A stretch of 57,438 bases of DNA, the filler included, from Platydemus manokwari (Eukaryota), in the NCBI GenBank assembly GCA_037951405.1. It is 5 parts of 5 records of this genome, joined end to end, with 100 filler letters (N's around TTAATTAATTAA, not from the genome) between each part and the next. Parts side by side here need not be neighbours in the genome. Positions count along the whole stretch, not along the records: positions 47,896 to 57,438 come from JBBMOY011234653.1; 4 more parts are not named here. One strand, written 5' to 3'. Shown piece by piece: positions 50,831 through 57,438 of the stretch. Position 1 is the stretch's first letter; each line of letters opens with the position of its first letter. A model generated the notes under the pieces. The model saw only the letters and a list, made by a program, of their open reading frames with translations, was not told the origin of the DNA and made no database searches. The position numbers were made by a program, and so were the translations under genes.

Positions 50831-53800
50831 TGATAAGTTTTATTTTCGTTGATTTTTATACATTACTAATATTAAACAGTTTTGTAAATATCAAACACAT
50901 TAAATTCATTATTACTAATTATTATATTATTTATGTTGGTGATTTTATTTTATTATCATTATTAACACTTTATTCAGATTTTCTATCGGCTTCATATCTC
51001 TAAATATTTTCAAATATTTTTTTCCAAACATTGTATTAACTTTATTAGGTTAGAAAGGGAACTAGTGGTTGAAAATAGTTTATTTTTTAAGCCTGTCTGC
51101 CTTACTTCGAAACAAAACCCGTCATTAAAATATTTGCATAATTAGAGATCATTAGAGTTCAACAAATACAACAACCCGCAACTCAAGTGTTAAAAACGAA
51201 TTTAAATAGTTTATCCTAATGTTAACTATCACCCACAATTAGAACCAAACAAAATAGACTACGACAGTCACACAACGAAATAGGTATACATCAAGCTATT
51301 TAAAATGTAGCGAGAACATTCATTCGGATCAATAATTATTGGAATTCGGATTTCATATCAATCAATTTACCGAATTATTTTTACCAAGAATCTTGTTGTC
51401 GATGAAATTTTACTATTTGATTGGAGCAAGGTTTACAATTTTTATGTAAGAACTATCATGTACATTTTTAATAATGGATTATCCATATTTAATTAAAATT
51501 GGCATCGTATTGATGTGTTTCGGGTTTATTTAGTTTTTTGTTTTAATTGTTGATCAGTCTCGTTTAACCTATTTCAATATTTGAGCATAGATCACAGTCG
51601 TCTTATCAATCTCACGCGATTCTATTACAAACTTAAAGTACAATCCATTAAACCTTATTGTTATTGTTTATTTTCGCCTCGCTTATAATATTGTATTAAG
51701 ACAACATACATACGGCAACTATGATCTTAGAAACTATTTGTCAACCTTATCAGTCTCAAACAATTTATTATTACACTCAACTTTCACTATCTATGATCAG
51801 TAAACACGAACTAGATACATTGATTTTTATTGCTATAACAAATTAACACCAAATAAAAAGTATAAAAATGATTTTACAATACGATTATACACCAAATAAA
51901 AATGACACCAAAACGATTATCCTAACAAATTCTTGACGTCGTAGAGCATTGGCTTCTTGAATCAATATCTTCGAATGAATTACACAATAGAACTTCATGC
52001 AACTAGTGCTTTTCTCAAAATGAGCTTAGTGGTTTCTGATAACGGGCATGTTGTGGCTATTTTAACCTACTTATATACTTTTCCATTGCTCTCCGAAAAT
52101 CGCTACAATGTCTCATTTATTGTTACAATTATCTTAAAAATCGTAACATTTAGAATTTATTCCCCTATATTTTATGTTAAACACTTTCCCCTTCAATTCC
52201 CGATTTTATAAAATACTGTTTAAATTAATATTTTAAAGGATTGCCATTTGCATATTAAAATAAGTTTTCATATAAAATATTTGTATAAGAATATATATAT
52301 ATAATTTTCTATTAAACTCATCTCCTAATTAACCGTTTTCTAATATTTAATTATTCTCAAATTATTATCATTTATCGTTTATTAAAAAGACAGAAATTTG
52401 TTATGATAATATTACAAAACATTTACAGTGAAATAACGGTAACGATTTCCAAAAATCGTTCATGCAATTACTACATTTCTAAAAATACATTGTTACATAA
52501 AAACTTGAATATACAGTATACAGCAATTTATGCACATTTTACTACTATTATACATTGATACATTACTTTTAGACTACAATTATACATCGATACACATTGA
52601 ATGTAACTTTGTTATGTTTTATCAATTGTTTCTCGGTAATTGATTGTTTTTAGCAACTGCTACTTGGTAATTAATTGAATGTTTTTCTCGATTCCCCAAC
52701 AGTATTATTAATTTCACTTTCTCTTCTCCGTCCGCTTCGGATTTTCCAGTAATTCACTTTTGTGGAGCACTGCATATCGTTTCTAAAATTGTTGTTATTT
52801 TTTAATTTTTAAACTTTTGTATTTCTATTTCTAAATAAGATGTATTAGAACTGGAATAAAGTCAAATTGACATGGTTTCCAGCTGCCAATTGAGATTTTA
52901 AGTAAAGCAAGAATAACTGGAAGAGTGACTAGAAGTCAGTCAAAAAGATACTTATTATTTAAGGAACCAATAGAAAAGTGAATCTATACTCCGTTTCCAC
53001 GCTATATAGCAACGGTTAAAGTGTAGAATTTAAAATAATATCAGTAACGAGATAGTTCAATTTAATAGTAATTCTAAAAGTTTAGGTTATTTATTTCTCT
53101 GTACAATAAATTTAATCTGAAAGAATTTCTCTCACTGATAAATAATTTCACAGAGAAAATCGTAAATACACTAGCATTAAATTTAATTGCAAAGAATATC
53201 TGCGAGTGATTTACCACTGCCTATATAAGGCAGCAGTCATAATTACCCTTGACATAAAACCACTATTTCACATTACAGAAGACGCAGTTACTCTTCATAT
53301 TGATTGTCATATGCTGGAGAAGACTCATTATTTTGCAAACAAGAACTGCATAATAGAAGATTGTAAGGCATCGAAGATGATGATTCCCTGTATGCCCAGT
53401 GTTTTACTGGAAGACTGCAAAATACTAATTTATATTATATATTGTATTGTTTATCTCTTATTATTTAGATTTCACTCAATCATCTTGAAAGGTAAATGTT
53501 TTGCTCCACGAGTTGAAGTTTATTAACCGAATCTTTAATCCAGGAGTTGTTAAGGTTTTTTATAAGCTGATGTATTGTATAGTATTAAAATCTATTTGTA
53601 AATTTTATTTTTATCATTGTTAATTAGTTTATATCGGTGGCAATTATTAATAAACATTTGTAGTAGCAAGTCCTAGTTATTTATTAAATAGGGATCATAA
53701 ATCATTGTTTATTGTCATTGGAATCTGCATAGTTAGTAGTTTAAATAGATTATATAAGTTGATACTGATCGTTAAGTTATATAGCTATTTCCACAACTAT

Positions 53801-54427
53801 TGTCTACACAAATAAGGTTGTGCAAGGTAAAGATTCAGCAAAATAAGTTAGATTACACTGGGGGCTTAATCAAGACTTCATAGGTACTGATTAAGACAAT
53901 AGCGATATTAAATAGAATTAAGTTTAATGAAACAATAAAATCAATAAGGCCCGAACTTAACAGAAACATGAAACAATAATATAAAATGAAAATAGAAGAA
54001 AAAACTAAATTTTTTAAATTAGTCTATATTCTTAAACATGTTTTTATATCCAATGGTATTGTGCTGTTGAAATATACAAAAATATTCAAAATAAAGCAGT
54101 TTTGACGTAATTATTTAATGTTAAAATACTATTTATATATTTTTCAAAAATTCTTTAATTAGAACGAAAAAATTATTACCTGTTTTCTAGAAAATTTAAA
54201 TAAAATTTAGACATCTGTAAAAACTACTTTTGTGAAAATAATTTTAATTTCTTAATCATTATTTATGTAAATAGTATTACTGTCGAAAGATTCAGAGCTT
54301 ATAAAATAACAGTATTACGAAATGTCACAAAATCAACGCTTAAATTTTATTTTGACTTTAAACACAAATTAACTCAATACCAATAATAAAACGAATAAAA
54401 TATTATTATCCGATCAAACTACAGAAG

Positions 54428-57284
54428 TTAATTATTGTGACAATTGTTTATTTGCGTCAATTGATCAACCACAAGGTTACGTTTCAAGATTGATTTGATT
54501 TGTATGATTTCATTTATAATAGGAACAATGATCACGTAACATGCTGATGAAATCACCCATATATCAATAATATAAATCTAAATATTTTTCCAAAATATGT
54601 ACTCTAATTATATCATAATAACTAAATTTTAGTCTAACCCACGCCGAAAATCTTTCACTATCAAATACATTGATTCCAATCATTATACTGGGCCATAAAA
54701 TAACGAAAATGAAAAGTAGACTCAGCGATATTATTATTACGAACTTCGTTTCTTTGCCAAATCCTTTTTGCACTTCTTCCAGGCTTGGTCTCTTGTGCAA
54801 ACAGTGAGCAAAGGTCAATTTTAATTCCCTAAACAACAGATTATAGTGAAACTTTCAAAATTAAAAAATAAAAGGAAAAAAATATGAGTAAAAAGAATTG
54901 AGTTGATAACATTTTCAGCAAGCTTATGGAAAATATTCCATTTCTATATCTGTTGGCTATTAGCTAACAATAAAATCTGAAAATTATAATTTAAATTACA
55001 GAATCACATGTTCGTATCGTCAACAGATACAATTGAAATCGTATCACCATACAATAGTAAGTTATCGCTTAAGGAGGAAACAGCACACGAAAGTCAAATA
55101 CAGAATCGCAGACAATGAAAAGGACTACCTGTTGAGAAAAATCATACGAAAATCAACACGCAGAATGAAAGTTGCCGACCAAAAAAGCCTGGCAGTTGCT
55201 TATGGAATCCAGCCTTTTTCTTAGATCTCTTGTGTGTCCGTTTGATGCCCCAGATCTTCGTTTTTCATTTGTTGAATTTGTTCATAGATGGATATGGTAG
55301 TAATTTTTCTGAGATCTCTTGTGCCATTGGCGAATATCGGTGTTTGTTGCAATTTACTGGTATGCACCAGTTGATTATAAACTTTTAAATATGGATTGAT
55401 ATTAGACGGAATCTAATTGGTTATTAGCACTTATATTTATTAAATATGTGTTACTTTCATGGTTTCTGTGAACATTTTGGTTGTTTTTGTGACCTATCCA
55501 AGATATCTAACAGCAGAGGATGTTGGGAGTTAATTATAAATGGAAGCAGGCTGGATGGCTATAAATCTATCAAAACAAAAAAGACAAATGAGGCATACTA
55601 TCTGTTTGGTGGAATACTAACGAACTCATAAACTGAGGTGCTTACTGCTTTCAACTCAATCATTTAAAAGGAACGGATTGACTAAAGTAATTTATGATTA
55701 GTTAATTTTTGAAGAGTCATTTATAGTCATGATAATGCATTGACTTCACTTAACTTTGGTAATCCAAGTAAAATTTATATAGCTTGAATAAGATAGCACG
55801 ACGTAAGCTCGGTATTCACTTAAATTGATATAATTTTCACTTATCAAGTCATGTATAGAACTCCTTTGGTAGCGAACAATTAGTCCTTTGGAAGCTTTAC
55901 AAAAAAGATTGTCACTCGTAGGTCGACAAGTTCATTGTAACATAAAATTCAATTTTTAAAATTAAATCACACACACACAAATATCGATTGAAAGTGGATC
56001 TCAATAGTCATAATGATCTTACAAATCAATTTGGTTAATTGTAAAATTGTGAAGAATTAAATAAAAAATCTGCTATCTGTATATACTAACGGTATATTTT
56101 TGATAGCGTTAAATATAGCATAGGATTTTTGCAAGTACGTAGATTCGGAAAAATATTGCAACTTAAAAAGATGTAACGAGTTTATTATGCTTTTTTTTGT
56201 ATCAGCCTATGCGAATATGTAAATATTCGCATAAGGAAAAAATTAAATACTTAGCGTAAGTCTCTGGCCAAGGAGACAAAGGATTGTCAATATCTCTCGT
56301 GAATTCCCAAATGTTGAATATCTCATCATCTGACAGATTTCTGCTTTGAACAAGCGATACTGATATTGCAATTAGTGAGCTCACACCAACCGAAATACAA
56401 TTTCCTAAAAACATTACCTCTAGTCTACCTAAATGACACAATTTCAAACCCGGTAATTTAAACAAAAATCTACCAGTGTTTGCATAAAATAAAGTTAAAC
56501 CTCCAGGATAAAATGATGCATAAATTAACCACGAAATAAGTCCTATAACTGTTCCTGTGATAGAACCTGTCATAGCTGCTATCCCTGTAAGTTTAGACCA
56601 GAACATTGTTAATGAAATTGGAACTACAGCAGAACCAATGAGAATTCCCATAAAATTATAAAGCCATCCAACGTGTATCTTGAATTTTATTGATAAATAT
56701 CATTAAAATGAGTTTATTCTGCTAACCTCACTTATGTCTGCAATGATAGTCAATGGTATCATCGAAATCGTAACACATATAATGCATATGTTTTTTATCG
56801 TGGTTAAATGATCAAGAAAATCTCGATATTTCCCATGTATTCGACAACTATGCAAAGGTATTGTAAATCTTCTATTATGATCACTGTTTCTGAAACTAAA
56901 ACATATTATCACACAATAAACTCGTTTATACGAATTCTTTCTTTACAAATCATCCTTGATGCAAGCATCACAATAAGTCATGCTCTCACAGTCACATTTA
57001 TCGCGCAGATTTGCCAGTCGACCTCTCATTTTACCGCACAGCAAACAACTGTTATCATTTACAGTTTTTCGATAGGGCTGAAGGTTGAAAAGCTATGAAA
57101 AAATATTCATAATTTCAACAGCGTACTTTAATGTAAACTGCGTAGATGTCGAAAATTATAATAGATGTGACTGCCATTACTTCTGCAGATGCCGTTGATG
57201 TCATGGCTAATATAATCAATACAATAAAGAGTAACTGACCAGCAAAACCAAGCAATAAGTCAGAAACTAATGATGGAACCGAAC
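54428..57284 (-). CDS. DUR3: Urea-proton symporter DUR3 (sodium:solute symporter family), 3' part; 5' exons lie beyond the window
   Basis: Exons 57284-57127, 57077-56947, 56895-56727, 56678-56474, 56428-56251, 54828-54639 and 54577-54428 are phase-consistent. Motifs: AMTSTASAEVMAVTSIIIFDIY, GWLYNFMGILIGSAVVP, WEFTRDIDNPLSPW, FVILWP. Confidence 0.9.
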
Positions 57285-57368
57285 CTAATAAAATTTAATT
57301 AAAATAATCTTAAAAGTCCTTTGATTATAAAAACAGAGAGTAAAATTGATCAAGAGCATTGTCTAGAT

Positions 57369-57438
57369 CAGGGGTCTCCAAAGTACGGCCCGCCAAGCTT
57401 ACTATGAAACACACGAACATTATGACAAAAATCTTGCT
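57369..57438 (+). mobile_element. hAT-type TIR within a DUR3 intron
   Basis: GTCTAGAT target site followed by CAGGGGTCTCCAAAGTACGGCCCGC. Confidence 0.7.

Noticed and set aside
53206-53526. 106-aa ORF with repeated ED motifs
   Set aside because: It lies in LTR-like sequence with a TATA box and GAAGAC repeats; no recognisable protein and no termini confirmed.
56808-57098. Plus-strand 96-aa ORF
   Set aside because: Antisense shadow of DUR3 exons.

Overview
Very AT-rich eukaryotic genomic DNA, most likely an invertebrate animal (CYLD-type CAP-Gly repeats, a DHRS11-like SDR, and a DUR3 carrying a Cys-rich insert), with mostly 43-64 nt introns. Five contigs are joined by identical artificial 100-nt N/TTAATTAATTAA spacers. 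I could splice three genes by hand. (1) A plus-strand gene (core 12165-19315, probable 5' exons from about 9779) encodes five CYLD-type CAP-Gly repeats, divergent ankyrin repeats and a C-terminal C3HC4 RING: a CYLD-like recognition module coupled to an E3-ligase finger instead of a USP deubiquitinase. This is the top finding. (2) An intact 260-aa DHRS11-like SDR lies on the minus strand (22164-24744), with a divergently oriented damaged paralog (29040-29517). (3) The 3' part of a DUR3 urea transporter lies on the minus strand (54428-57284). The intergenic DNA holds about seven apparent decayed protein-kinase relics and many transposon remnants (Merlin, hAT MITEs, mariner/Tc1, pogo, gypsy and solo LTRs, LINE and Penelope fragments). 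All calls come from reading the sequence by eye; no database searches were run.
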